From positions 1 through 16,857 of the forward strand of contig JAZDHP010000046.1 of NCBI GenBank assembly GCA_043805855.1: a stretch of DNA of 16,857 bases, read 5' to 3'. The stretch comes from Candidatus Micrarchaeota archaeon. Its GTDB lineage: Archaea; Micrarchaeota; Micrarchaeia; Norongarragalinales; UBA8480. Below the pieces are notes generated by a model. That model made no database searches. It was not told the DNA's origin and worked only from the letters and a program-made list of their open reading frames with translations. A program made the position numbers and the translations under genes. This document shows positions 1-8,661 of this stretch, in pieces. Each line of letters starts with the position of its first letter. Position 1 is the stretch's first letter.

Positions 1-715
1 CTATATTTTCAATATTCTTAGCCGCTGTTGATAAATCACACTTGTTTGCCGCGATTACAATTGGCTTACCAATTTCGCGTAGTGTTTTGCAAAAGTCAAA
101 CTTATCAAGTTCAGTCCACTGCGCTAGTCGCTTGTCAGTTAAATTTAACGAGGACAACGCACGAGTAACCGCATGTTGCTTTATTCCCAAGCCAGTGAAT
201 TGAACGAACATCACTTCTTCGTTTTTCTTGTTGAGGTTACCCTCGCGTACAAGTTTATTCCACGCGTTTTCAAGAATCCCCTTAAACCAATAGTTAAGTT
301 CAATTTCAAGAAACTCCACGTCTTTAACCGGATCGTGGCTGCCAGTTTCAACTGCTTCGCCATTTTCGTTAGTTGAACCAGAAGCGTCGACAATGTGAAT
401 TAACACATCTGCTTGGCGCAGGTCATCGAGAAACTTGTTACCGAGTCCCTTGCCTTCATGCGCGCCTGGCACTAGTCCAGCAACATCTAGAACTTCAACT
501 GGTGCAAAGCGACGGTGATCAACGCAGTAACCGCTACGAGGGTTGCACTGGACGCTAAATTCTTTGTCAACGCACTCTACTTCAACATAGGCGACGCCTC
601 GATTGGGCTTAATTGTAGTAAACGGCCTGCTTGAACGCTCAACAGGCACGCTTGTAAGCGCCTGGAAAAAAGTAGATTTTCCGCTTGATGGTTTTCCAAC
701 TAATCCAATTAACAT
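1..715 (-). CDS. ychF: Obg-family YchF-like GTPase/ATPase (archaeal type), 3' part runs off the window start
   Basis: Not in the ORF track; translated by hand from ATG at 715: [17 protein letters not shown] (G1), [11 protein letters not shown] (G2), [37 protein letters not shown] (G3, YchF signature), IAANKCD (G4). The frame stays open to base 1. Confidence 0.93.
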   Translation of the reverse strand, partial: MLIGLVGKPSSGKSTFFQALTSVPVERSSRPFTTIKPNRGVAYVEVECVDKEFSVQCNPRSGYCVDHRRFAPVEVLDVAGLVPGAHEGKGLGNKFLDDLRQADVLIHIVDASGSTNENGEAVETGSHDPVKDVEFLEIELNYWFKGILENAWNKLVREGNLNKKNEEVMFVQFTGLGIKQHAVTRALSSLNLTDKRLAQWTELDKFDFCKTLREIGKPIVIAANKCDLSTAAKNIENI

Positions 716-775
716 TTTAGACCGCAAGTGTTTGGAAGCAACGAATTTAACTTCTTTTCTGGGCTAAATTTATTC

Positions 776-1957
776 ATGTTGTGGACTGAAAAATACCGCC
801 CAAAGCAATTAAGCGACGTTGTAGGCAACGAAGAGCAAATTGCAGAAGTGAAAAAGTGGGCGCATGAATTTGAACGCAATAAAGTACAAAAGCCAATTTT
901 ACTACACGGCCCACCAGGAACAGGTAAAACCGCAAGTGCACGTGCGCTTGCAAATGAATTCCAGTGGACGCTAATTGAAACAAATGCCTCTGACCTGCGA
1001 GATCCGGCAAATTTAAAAAAACTACTAGGCGTACAAGGAAGAGGGTTGTTCAACGACCAGCGGGTTTTTCTACTTGACGAAATCGACGGCGCGTTTGACC
1101 GAGGAGAAGTGCCTGAATTAATGAATGTTTTGAAAAACGCGTCGCAGCCAATAATTTTAACTGCAAATGACATTTGGGATAAACATTTAGCAAACGTGCG
1201 ACCGTTGTGCAAAGCAATTGAACTCAAAAAGGTGAACTACCGCACAATTGCTAATTTACTAACACGCATTAGCCAAAGCGAAAAAATGGAAATCGACAAA
1301 ATACAAATAGAAGCAATTGCAAAGGGAAGCAACGGAGATGTACGTTCGGCAATTACTGACCTTCAAAGCGGAGGAATTAGTTCACGAGACAGAGAAACAA
1401 ATGTGTTCGAAGCTGTGAGAATTGTTTTCAAAACAATGGAGTACAAAAAATCAATCGCTGCTTCTGACAATCTAGATATTGACCTTGATACTTTTGTAAA
1501 GTGGATTGAAGAAAATATCCCAATTGAATATGAAAAGCCAGCTGAACGCAGCGCTGCTTTTGAATGGATTGCAAAAAGCGACATAATGCAATGCAGAATA
1601 CGCCGTCGACAATATTGGGGGCTACTTCGTTACATTAGGGCGTATAGCCACGCGGGAGTAAGCCTATCAAAATTGGAAATGTATCGTAAATTTTCACCAT
1701 ACCAGTTTCCAAGTTTACTGCGCACGTTAAGCGCTTCTAAATTCAAAAGAGCAGCGCGAGAATCACTGTGCAAAAAACTGGGAAGCGAAATGCACTGTTC
1801 AGCTAAAAAAGTAACTGAAAACCTACCTTTAATTGCAACAGCTTTGTTAAAACAAGGAACTAATTTTACCGAAGACGAGGTAAACGTATTGGAAAGTTTT
1901 TCAGTTGTCGGAAACGAGTTTAAACCAAATAAAAAGCAACAGTGCAAGCACAAGTAG
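776..1957 (+). CDS. rfcL: Replication factor C large subunit (clamp loader)
   Basis: Starts MLWTEKYRPK (RFC box; ATG 776 preferred over GTG 728), Walker [15 protein letters not shown], Walker B LLDEID, GDVRSAITDLQ, and the large-subunit C-terminal region WIEENIP...RRQYWGLLRY. Confidence 0.95.
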   Translation: MLWTEKYRPKQLSDVVGNEEQIAEVKKWAHEFERNKVQKPILLHGPPGTGKTASARALANEFQWTLIETNASDLRDPANLKKLLGVQGRGLFNDQRVFLLDEIDGAFDRGEVPELMNVLKNASQPIILTANDIWDKHLANVRPLCKAIELKKVNYRTIANLLTRISQSEKMEIDKIQIEAIAKGSNGDVRSAITDLQSGGISSRDRETNVFEAVRIVFKTMEYKKSIAASDNLDIDLDTFVKWIEENIPIEYEKPAERSAAFEWIAKSDIMQCRIRRRQYWGLLRYIRAYSHAGVSLSKLEMYRKFSPYQFPSLLRTLSASKFKRAARESLCKKLGSEMHCSAKKVTENLPLIATALLKQGTNFTEDEVNVLESFSVVGNEFKPNKKQQCKHK

Positions 1958-2629
1958 CAACGGGATTAAATTAGCTGCGTTTGAAAATAAACTAACAAAA
2001 AATAAGTTAACCTCTTCGCTGAGCGTTTTCTCTTCTATAAAAGAAATTTCAAACTTACTAGTTAATGGACCTTTAAAGGAAACGAAATTATTTCCACGCG
2101 ACTGCGGTTCAGGAAGCGTTTGTGAAAAAGAAGTTCCCTCTGGAATTTCAAATGTAAACTCGTCAATACTGCCAACTACAATTTCTCCAGAGCGTAATTT
2201 GTTCAAATTCAAAAGTGAAGTATTTACCGCGTACTCCGTAACTCTACTGCTCTTCACGGTTTTTAACAAAAGACTCGGGTCAACGTCATATTCAACTGAA
2301 ACAACTGCCGGCGCGTGGGACTGGGAAAAATCTTGCTTGGCAACTATGCGAGTTGAATTAACCTCTACAAGCGGGCCAAATGCATGGTAGTCAAAATAGC
2401 GACTGTACGCGCGCCAGTCTGAAATTGTACTTCTACCTAAACGCAGGCTGTCAGAAAACGCGCTTTTTTCAACGTCATTATCTAAAAGAAACGTGATTTT
2501 TTCAACAACGTGGACTTTTTCCGGCGAAAGTTGAAAATTAACAGTAAAAGAAGCGTCTGTATATCCGCTAACAAGTGGAAAAAGTAGGCAAATAGACAAA
2601 AACAACAGTGAAAACCGCATTAACGTCAT
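1901..2629 (-). CDS. Hypothetical secreted protein with signal peptide, beta-rich ectodomain and C-terminal membrane anchor
   Basis: 242-aa ORF. N-terminal MRFSLLFLSICLLFPLVSG signal peptide (alternative start at 2620) and C-terminal LIPLLLVLALLLFIWFK TM helix. Confidence 0.8.
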   Translation of the reverse strand: MTLMRFSLLFLSICLLFPLVSGYTDASFTVNFQLSPEKVHVVEKITFLLDNDVEKSAFSDSLRLGRSTISDWRAYSRYFDYHAFGPLVEVNSTRIVAKQDFSQSHAPAVVSVEYDVDPSLLLKTVKSSRVTEYAVNTSLLNLNKLRSGEIVVGSIDEFTFEIPEGTSFSQTLPEPQSRGNNFVSFKGPLTSKFEISFIEEKTLSEEVNLFFVSLFSNAANLIPLLLVLALLLFIWFKLVSDN

Positions 2630-2677
2630 CGCTCAAACACGCCAAACATAAAAACACAATTGAGATTTTTAATACGT

Positions 2678-3124
2678 ATGTTAGCACTGCAACTCGCAAC
2701 AATAACAACCGTAATAGCAATCGCCTTACTTGCCGCTCATGTAAACGCCGCGAATTCGCTAACCGACACAAAAATAACACTACTACAATCGCAAAACAAT
2801 GAATTTCAAGAAAAAATGTACAGCGAGTTAATCAGCCAGGCGCTTGACTCAAATGGCGTAAATTGTGAGGAAAAGCAAACCAACGCAGCACTTGCATTGA
2901 ACGCAGTTGTCGCTATACTCGACGCGCGACAAATTGAAATACAAATTACTTCCAACAACTCACTTGAAATAAATGAAATAACCTCCGAGTTGTTCTCGTG
3001 CGTTGGAGAAAAAATTTCAATTGGAAACGCAGAGCGCAACATAATATTGAAACTCGCAACACCAACAACAATTTTTGCTATAGGAAAAAAAACACAAAAA
3101 TACAAAGGAGAGAATGAAAAATGA
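2678..3124 (+). CDS. Hypothetical membrane-anchored, pilin-like protein 1
   Basis: ATG at 2678, N-terminal hydrophobic helix MLALQLATITTVIAIALLAA, two Cys in the soluble part, ATGA overlap with the next gene. Confidence 0.65.
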   Translation: MLALQLATITTVIAIALLAAHVNAANSLTDTKITLLQSQNNEFQEKMYSELISQALDSNGVNCEEKQTNAALALNAVVAILDARQIEIQITSNNSLEINEITSELFSCVGEKISIGNAERNIILKLATPTTIFAIGKKTQKYKGENEK

Positions 3125-3330
3125 CAATTTCCAAAGATGTGATTATAACTTGCGTTTTCCTACTCGCAATTACTCTCATAGCGCACGCTGCGCTGGACGC
3201 AACGCAGAAAACAGAACACGAACTCGCGCTTTTTACAAGCGAATTTGCAAACTATCAATCTTGCCTACGCGAAGCAACATTCGCTACTGGAAATTATAGT
3301 GAAAAAAGGATGTGCATTTATGACACTTGA
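3121..3330 (+). CDS. Small pilin-like membrane protein 2
   Basis: GGAG RBS upstream and ATGA coupling. MTISKDVIITCVFLLAITLIAHAAL hydrophobic N-terminus and a Cys pair in the C-terminal half. Confidence 0.6.
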   Translation: MTISKDVIITCVFLLAITLIAHAALDATQKTEHELALFTSEFANYQSCLREATFATGNYSEKRMCIYDT

Positions 3331-3550
3331 ACTCGACGCGATAATTGCAATTGGAATAATATGCGCACTTCTATTCGTTGCAGCAAGCGGACTTTCTATC
3401 AGCGCAAATGAACTAAAAGAAAAAGCCGCAACTGTAAAACAAATGGAAACCGCGCTACTAAAACCAAACGACCAACTGTGCATCTCGCGCGTTGTGCTAA
3501 ATGAAAATAATCAACTAGAAAAAAGGTGCTCGCGTGATTTTGTCAATTGA
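3320..3550 (+). CDS. Small pilin-like membrane protein 3
   Basis: MTLELDAIIAIGIICALLFVAAS resembles the archaeal minor-pilin 'F(T/S)LDA-hydrophobic' N-terminus. AAGGA lies upstream. An alternative in-frame GTG at 3299 gives MKKG-CAFMTLELD. Confidence 0.65.
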   Translation: MTLELDAIIAIGIICALLFVAASGLSISANELKEKAATVKQMETALLKPNDQLCISRVVLNENNQLEKRCSRDFVN

Positions 3551-3899
3551 CGCAACACTTGCACTTGTTTTAACCTGCGCCACGCTGGCATCTCTTTTTA
3601 CAGCAACGCAAAACTTGGACTTTACAATAAACGAAATGGCAGCCAACCAACTTGCAGGCGATTTAGCATTAGCATTGCAAGAGGAAAAATACGCGACGCT
3701 TGAATTACAGCGCGGTAATTTAGAGGCAATGCGTCATTTGCTTGAAAATATCGAACAATACAAGCACAGTAGTAATTGTATCGAAGTGGTCACTACTGGA
3801 AACAAGTACGGCAATTGCGATGGCGAAAAAGTAACGCGGAGTTTTCTAGTTTACAACAACGGCGTTATCGAAGCACAAGTGGCAATCTACTTTAGTTGA
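3534..3899 (+). CDS. Pilin-like membrane protein 4
   Basis: GTG start after AAGGTG RBS. MILSIDATLALVLTCATLASL N-terminal helix, then an amphipathic helix (QLAGDLALALQE) and a beta-rich C-terminus with a Cys pair. Confidence 0.7.
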   Translation: MILSIDATLALVLTCATLASLFTATQNLDFTINEMAANQLAGDLALALQEEKYATLELQRGNLEAMRHLLENIEQYKHSSNCIEVVTTGNKYGNCDGEKVTRSFLVYNNGVIEAQVAIYFS

Positions 3900-4282
3900 A
3901 TCTCAACACCATCTAGTGTTTTAGCAAACAAAACAGTACAATTTCCCTTTGGTACTTGCAAAACCTTTGGCAATGCACCTTGCGCTGGAAAACTAGAGTT
4001 CAATAAACTAACTTCATTTTGATTAATTAAAATTTGAAACACAGAGGTAGAGTAAAAAACGCTTTGTAACTCGCTGCCTTCTTCGAGTAAATTTACTTGT
4101 TGTATTTTCCACGCGATTTGCCGGGCAATTGCCTTTTCTACATTAGAGTTAAAAGCAAATGAACTTTGTTGAAATGAATTAACAAGCGAAGGCAGGACAA
4201 GCGCGTATGCTGCGAGAAGTCCAGCAGTAATTACGAGGAATTCAATTGTTACTTGGCCATGCGGCCGCGAGTGCGAGTGCAT
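3887..4282 (-). CDS. Type IV pilin-like protein with class III signal peptide
   Basis: MHSHSRPHG|QVTIEFLVITAGLLAAYALVL: G at -1, Q at +1, E at +5, followed by a hydrophobic helix. Confidence 0.8.
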   Translation of the reverse strand: MHSHSRPHGQVTIEFLVITAGLLAAYALVLPSLVNSFQQSSFAFNSNVEKAIARQIAWKIQQVNLLEEGSELQSVFYSTSVFQILINQNEVSLLNSSFPAQGALPKVLQVPKGNCTVLFAKTLDGVEIQLK

Positions 4283-4303
4283 TATTTACTTAATCAGCTC
4301 TTT

Positions 4304-4480
4304 TTACGGTAGCGCATTTATGCTTTCTAGAATTTGGTCAGTTTTGTTGGAAACAACCGCAGCGCTCTTGACTGCAGTGGTTTGTAATTGTGTTATTAAA
4401 ATAAACGCAATAGCGATGATTGCGGCAGTTAGCACAAGCATTTCTGCGCTAACCTGACCGCGGTCGTGGCCGTCGTTCAT
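4304..4480 (-). CDS. Short type IV pilin with class III signal peptide (DUF361/Flp-like size)
   Basis: MNDGHDRG|QVSAEMLVLTAAIIAIAFILI is a canonical RG|QxSxE motif. The mature protein is about 50 aa. ATG at 4480 is preferred over 4522. Confidence 0.85.
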   Translation of the reverse strand: MNDGHDRGQVSAEMLVLTAAIIAIAFILITQLQTTAVKSAAVVSNKTDQILESINALP

Positions 4481-4604
4481 TTTCTTCAATTTGTATTTTA
4501 TGAGGTAAAATATTTTAAACATAAGGCAAACAAACGCCGCTGGCCGATAATAAAAACACAGATGGAAAAAGTAGACGAAAAGAAGAAAAATAAGAATTGA
4601 CTTT

Positions 4605-5195
4605 TTACAGTATTGGAATAAAAATCAGTGCAACTAATGGAAGTAACGTTGCCGCCCATACTAATTTATTCCACGCGTATACTTTTGACCCGTCCATTGG
4701 GAACATTGGTATCATGTTAAACGCGCCGAGGAAGAAGTTAACTCCAGAGCCCATAATTGCGATTTCTTTCAACGCCGGGAATGAAAGGCCAAGAATTAGG
4801 AAAAGTACTCCGAGGATTAAGTTCGTCATTGGACCTGCTAGTGAGATTTTGCCGTTTTGCTCGCGGGTAATGTGGTTGCCGTAAACGTAAACTGCCCCCG
4901 GCGCGGCAAAGACGAATCCAACTGCGAATGCCATTATAACCGCAAATAGCAAACCTAATGTCCACATTTGGTAACGCGCGTATGCCCCGTAGTGAATTGC
5001 GACGAACTTGTGCGCCAATTCGTGAAAGATAAAAGCGACGCCAACTGTAAGCAAAATCATGCCAGTTGTTGCAAGGAACTTTGCGTCGAATTCAGTTGAG
5101 CCAGTCCACACAATTGCAAAGGCGAGTGAAATTGTAATCACGGAAATTAGAATGTGCAGTGCTTCGTCGAGTGAAATTGAAAAACCGGATTTCAT
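4605..5195 (-). CDS. Site-2 protease family intramembrane zinc metalloprotease (peptidase M50)
   Basis: HELAH zinc motif inside a TM segment, ISLAGPMTN, and FNMIPMFPMDG (NxxPxxxxDG). Multiple TM helices. Confidence 0.95.
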   Translation of the reverse strand: MKSGFSISLDEALHILISVITISLAFAIVWTGSTEFDAKFLATTGMILLTVGVAFIFHELAHKFVAIHYGAYARYQMWTLGLLFAVIMAFAVGFVFAAPGAVYVYGNHITREQNGKISLAGPMTNLILGVLFLILGLSFPALKEIAIMGSGVNFFLGAFNMIPMFPMDGSKVYAWNKLVWAATLLPLVALIFIPIL

Positions 5196-5215
5196 TTTAA
5201 TATTTGTTGCCCCGT

Positions 5216-5644
5216 TTAGTAAAATTGCGCGGTTGCTTGCACTTGTTCCATTTCAGTTATTTTCACTTGCGCTGGCGAAAAAGTAGAAGCGTAGCTAATT
5301 ACGATACCTTCAGCTTGGCGGCCTTGGAAGTTAATGTTGATCTTGTCGCCTTTTCTCCCGCTTTGCATTGCAACTGCAGTTGGCCCGCCGAACAAGTTGA
5401 TAATCGTGCTCATGCCGTTTGGGCTCATTTGCACTAAGTTAGTTGACAACACGTCACCCTTCTTCACACCGCGGAGATAAGGATAGGCAAATCCTGCAAC
5501 TAGTGCGACACCAAGGCTCAACGCGAATAACTTCCAAACTGAGTCAACCGCACTTCCCGGAACTCCTACGAAGGAAAATGCAAACGCAATTAGCGAAAGC
5601 GCTACAAGTAGGAGAAACGCAACTAGGGAGATTTTTAAGTTCAT
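5216..5644 (-). CDS. Hypothetical protein with two TM helices and a small C-terminal beta domain
   Basis: 142-aa ORF with two hydrophobic helices, then GVKKGD...AVAMQSGRKGDKINI...EGIVIS. Co-oriented between cdc48 and the S2P gene. Confidence 0.8.
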   Translation of the reverse strand: MNLKISLVAFLLLVALSLIAFAFSFVGVPGSAVDSVWKLFALSLGVALVAGFAYPYLRGVKKGDVLSTNLVQMSPNGMSTIINLFGGPTAVAMQSGRKGDKININFQGRQAEGIVISYASTFSPAQVKITEMEQVQATAQFY

Positions 5645-5702
5645 AACTATACCTTTGGAAAGACACGAATAAAAAACTACTTTTTATCTTTTTATTGCAA
5701 GA

Positions 5703-7835
5703 TTAACCGTATCCAGCGATTACTCCTTTTCTTTGCTGTGCTATTGTTGGCCGAATTGCTTTGAACGCAATTTCAAAGTTTTGCTTGGTAACTTGCTTTG
5801 CCTCAATGTTTTCGCGCAGTGCGTTCATTCCAGCTTCTCGGCACATTGCTTCAACATCTGCACCGCTGTACCCTTCTGTGCGTTTGGCAAGATCTTCAAG
5901 GTTAACATCTGGGCTAACCGGCATGTTTGCAGTGTGAACTTTGAAAATTGCTAAGCGTGAAACCTTGTCAGGCATTCCAATTGCAATTAACTTGTCAAAC
6001 CGCCCTGGCCGCAAGAGCGCTGGGTCAATTATGTCAATTCTGTTTGTGGAGCCGATTACAACAACGCCTTTTAGGGCAGAAATGCCATCAAGTTCGCTTA
6101 GCAGTTGGTTTACCATTCTATCAGTAACATGTGAACCGCCGTCTTCACCGCCGCGTATTTGCACAATTGCATCAAGTTCATCCATGAAAATAATGCACGG
6201 CGCAGCTTGACGCGCTTTGCGGAAAACTTCGCGCAGACCTTTTTCGCTTTCGCCGACGTACTTGTTTAATAATTCAGGGCCTTTAACTGCAATGAAATTC
6301 GCTTCACTTTCAGTTGCAACTGCCTTGGCGAGGAGAGTTTTTCCAGTTCCAGGCGGGCCGAATAACAACACGCCCCTAACTGGCCGTATTCCAATTCTTT
6401 CAAACACTTCTGGACGTTTAATCGGCAGGTCAACTGCCTCGCGCAACTCTCGCTTCGCTTCTTCCAAACCGCCAACTTGCTCCCACTTGACATTCGGCAC
6501 TTCAACGTAAACTTCGCGCAATGCACTTGGCTGAATTTCGCGAAGCGCAGCGTCAAAATCACTCTTCTCAACTTTCAACTCGTCTAGAATTTTTGCAGGG
6601 ATGGCTTCGTCTTCAAGTTTAATCTTCGGCAATATCCTACGTAGAACTTTCATTGCAGCTTCCTTGCATAAACTTTGCAAGTCAGCACCGACGAAACCGT
6701 GAGTAACAGCAGCTAAATCTTCAAGCGTAACGTTTTTCGCAAGCGGCATTCCTCGAGTGTGGATTTGTAAAATTTCCAGGCGTCCCTTTTTGTCAGGAAC
6801 ACCAATTTCAATTTCGCGGTCAAATCTTCCTGGCCGGCGGAGCGCTGGGTCAATACTGTTCGGACGATTTGTCGCGGCAATTACGACAACTTGCCCTCTA
6901 CTTTTGAGGCCATCCATTAACGTTAGCAATTGAGAAACAATTCTTTTTTCAACTTCGCCCATTACTTCTTCGCGCTTTGGAGCTATGGCGTCAATTTCGT
7001 CAATGAAAATAATTGAAGGCGCGTTTTCCTCAGCTTCGGCGAATAACTTACGCAGTTTTTCCTCTGCTTCGCCGACGAATTTAGAAACGATTTCTGGACC
7101 TGCGATTGTAATGAAGTGCGCTTCGCTTTCATTGGCAACAGCTTTAGCTAAAAGGGTTTTTCCAGTTCCGGGGGAACCATATATCAAAACTCCTTTTGGC
7201 GGTTCGATGCCTAGTCTTTCAAATAGTTCAGGGTGGCGCATTGGGAGTTCAATCATTTCGCGGATTTTTTGCACTTCGTCTCGCATACCGCCAACGTCTT
7301 CGTATGAAATTGTAGCGATTTTGCCAAGTTCTTTCATTGGCTCTCCTTGTAAAATTACCTCAGTGTTTTCAGTAACTATAATTAAACCAGTTGGGTTAGT
7401 TTGTGCAACTGCAAATGGAAATCCAGTTCCGAAAACGTTTACCGATAAATAATCTCCCTTTGACAACGGTTTGCCAATTAAATTTTTCTTAACGTACTGG
7501 TCAAAACCAGGAGCATATCGAGAAGGCTGGTTAGGCGCAAGTGCAATGCGCTTCGCTGGCTTTATCACTGCCTTTGTAATGCGAACTCTATCACCGAGGC
7601 CAACTCCGGCGTTTTGACGAAGGATTCCATCTAACCTTATGATTCCCAGACCTTCATCCGAAGGATGCGCGGGAAGTACGATTGCAGCTACACTTCGCTT
7701 TCCTTTTATTTCAACAACGTCACCAGTTGTCACAGTTAGTTGCTCGCGGCTAGCAGAATCCATTCTAATGATACGCTTCGCGTAGTCAATTTGCAAAGCT
7801 TCTGCAACTTTTAAAACAATGAACTTTTGCTCCAT
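5703..7835 (-). CDS. cdc48: Cdc48/VAT (p97-family) AAA+ ATPase
   Basis: N-domain (LKVAEA...IIRMD...[10 protein letters not shown]) and two AAA modules: [27 protein letters not shown] and [27 protein letters not shown]. The C-terminus ends in GYG (penultimate Tyr, HbYX-like). Confidence 0.97.
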   Translation of the reverse strand: MEQKFIVLKVAEALQIDYAKRIIRMDSASREQLTVTTGDVVEIKGKRSVAAIVLPAHPSDEGLGIIRLDGILRQNAGVGLGDRVRITKAVIKPAKRIALAPNQPSRYAPGFDQYVKKNLIGKPLSKGDYLSVNVFGTGFPFAVAQTNPTGLIIVTENTEVILQGEPMKELGKIATISYEDVGGMRDEVQKIREMIELPMRHPELFERLGIEPPKGVLIYGSPGTGKTLLAKAVANESEAHFITIAGPEIVSKFVGEAEEKLRKLFAEAEENAPSIIFIDEIDAIAPKREEVMGEVEKRIVSQLLTLMDGLKSRGQVVVIAATNRPNSIDPALRRPGRFDREIEIGVPDKKGRLEILQIHTRGMPLAKNVTLEDLAAVTHGFVGADLQSLCKEAAMKVLRRILPKIKLEDEAIPAKILDELKVEKSDFDAALREIQPSALREVYVEVPNVKWEQVGGLEEAKRELREAVDLPIKRPEVFERIGIRPVRGVLLFGPPGTGKTLLAKAVATESEANFIAVKGPELLNKYVGESEKGLREVFRKARQAAPCIIFMDELDAIVQIRGGEDGGSHVTDRMVNQLLSELDGISALKGVVVIGSTNRIDIIDPALLRPGRFDKLIAIGMPDKVSRLAIFKVHTANMPVSPDVNLEDLAKRTEGYSGADVEAMCREAGMNALRENIEAKQVTKQNFEIAFKAIRPTIAQQRKGVIAGYG

Positions 7836-7875
7836 TTTTCATAACACCCGTTTTTGTTAATTTCTATTCTAAGTA

Positions 7876-8661
7876 TTATTCATAAACTGCTTCGCAGTTA
7901 CCTGGAAGCAACTTAGCTATATCCTCTTCGTTGAACTTAGTTTTCGTGCCTTTTGCAAATAGTTTCTTGGCAAAATACGCTTTAATAGATTTAGCTAAAG
8001 CGTTTTTCTCGCTTTTGCCAGGCATTAACTTTACACATAGCGCTGTTTTGCCCCGCACAAGCGGCCGCAGTGAAAACTCCAGCGTGTTTTCATCAAGGCA
8101 CAAGTATAAACCAACTAGAGTGTTCTTGAACCACTGCCGCTCTCCAGCTAGTACAAACGCACCTTGTTCAATGTAACCACCGTGGCTGTGCTTACTAACT
8201 TGCGATACGCGTAGAGCGTAGACGTCAACGCTACCGAATTCGCGTTTCCATGCGCTTGAAAAACTAGCTGTAAATTGAGCTGCTTCTTGCAACTCTTCCT
8301 GCGTTGCGTTTGGATTCTTTACAATTACTGCTGGCGAGCCGCGTATGTCAGCGTGGAAGAAAAACTCTTCAGGCAAAGCGTGCTTAGCAAACACTACGTC
8401 GTTTTGCTTTGCATTGCGACCAGCAACTACGAGTGAACCGCTGGCAGTTTTAAAGTGTAAAAATTTATTGAACCAATCGTTGTGCTTTTTCGCAGTTGCA
8501 TGCGCTTGTTCACTGTATTGCGCTTGTTTTTCTACGCTAGCAACTGTTTCTAGAATTGCCTTTTCAGCGCCAACCGCCTTTTGACGGTATTTCTTCGCTG
8601 CTTCTCTATACAGCGCAATGTTTTGCAATAAACTTTTCCTCGGATCAAGGGTTATTTTCAC
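7876..8661 (-). CDS. NFACT RNA-binding (DUF814) domain protein, N-truncated Rqc2/FbpA homologue
   Basis: GTG at 8661 after GGAG RBS. ITLDPRKSLLQNIALYREAAKK coiled coil, then WFNKFLHF...VVAGRNAKQND...FFHADIRGSP...AAQFTASFSSAWK...QVSK...GAFVLAGERQWF, typical of NFACT-R. Confidence 0.88.
   Translation of the reverse strand: MKITLDPRKSLLQNIALYREAAKKYRQKAVGAEKAILETVASVEKQAQYSEQAHATAKKHNDWFNKFLHFKTASGSLVVAGRNAKQNDVVFAKHALPEEFFFHADIRGSPAVIVKNPNATQEELQEAAQFTASFSSAWKREFGSVDVYALRVSQVSKHSHGGYIEQGAFVLAGERQWFKNTLVGLYLCLDENTLEFSLRPLVRGKTALCVKLMPGKSEKNALAKSIKAYFAKKLFAKGTKTKFNEEDIAKLLPGNCEAVYE

Noticed and set aside
4605..5195. Site-2 protease acting as the prepilin peptidase for the adjacent pilins
   Set aside because: Class III signal peptides are cleaved by A24 aspartic peptidases. 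A T-rich stretch and a separate TATA-like element lie between the S2P gene and the pilin genes, so only adjacency supports the idea.
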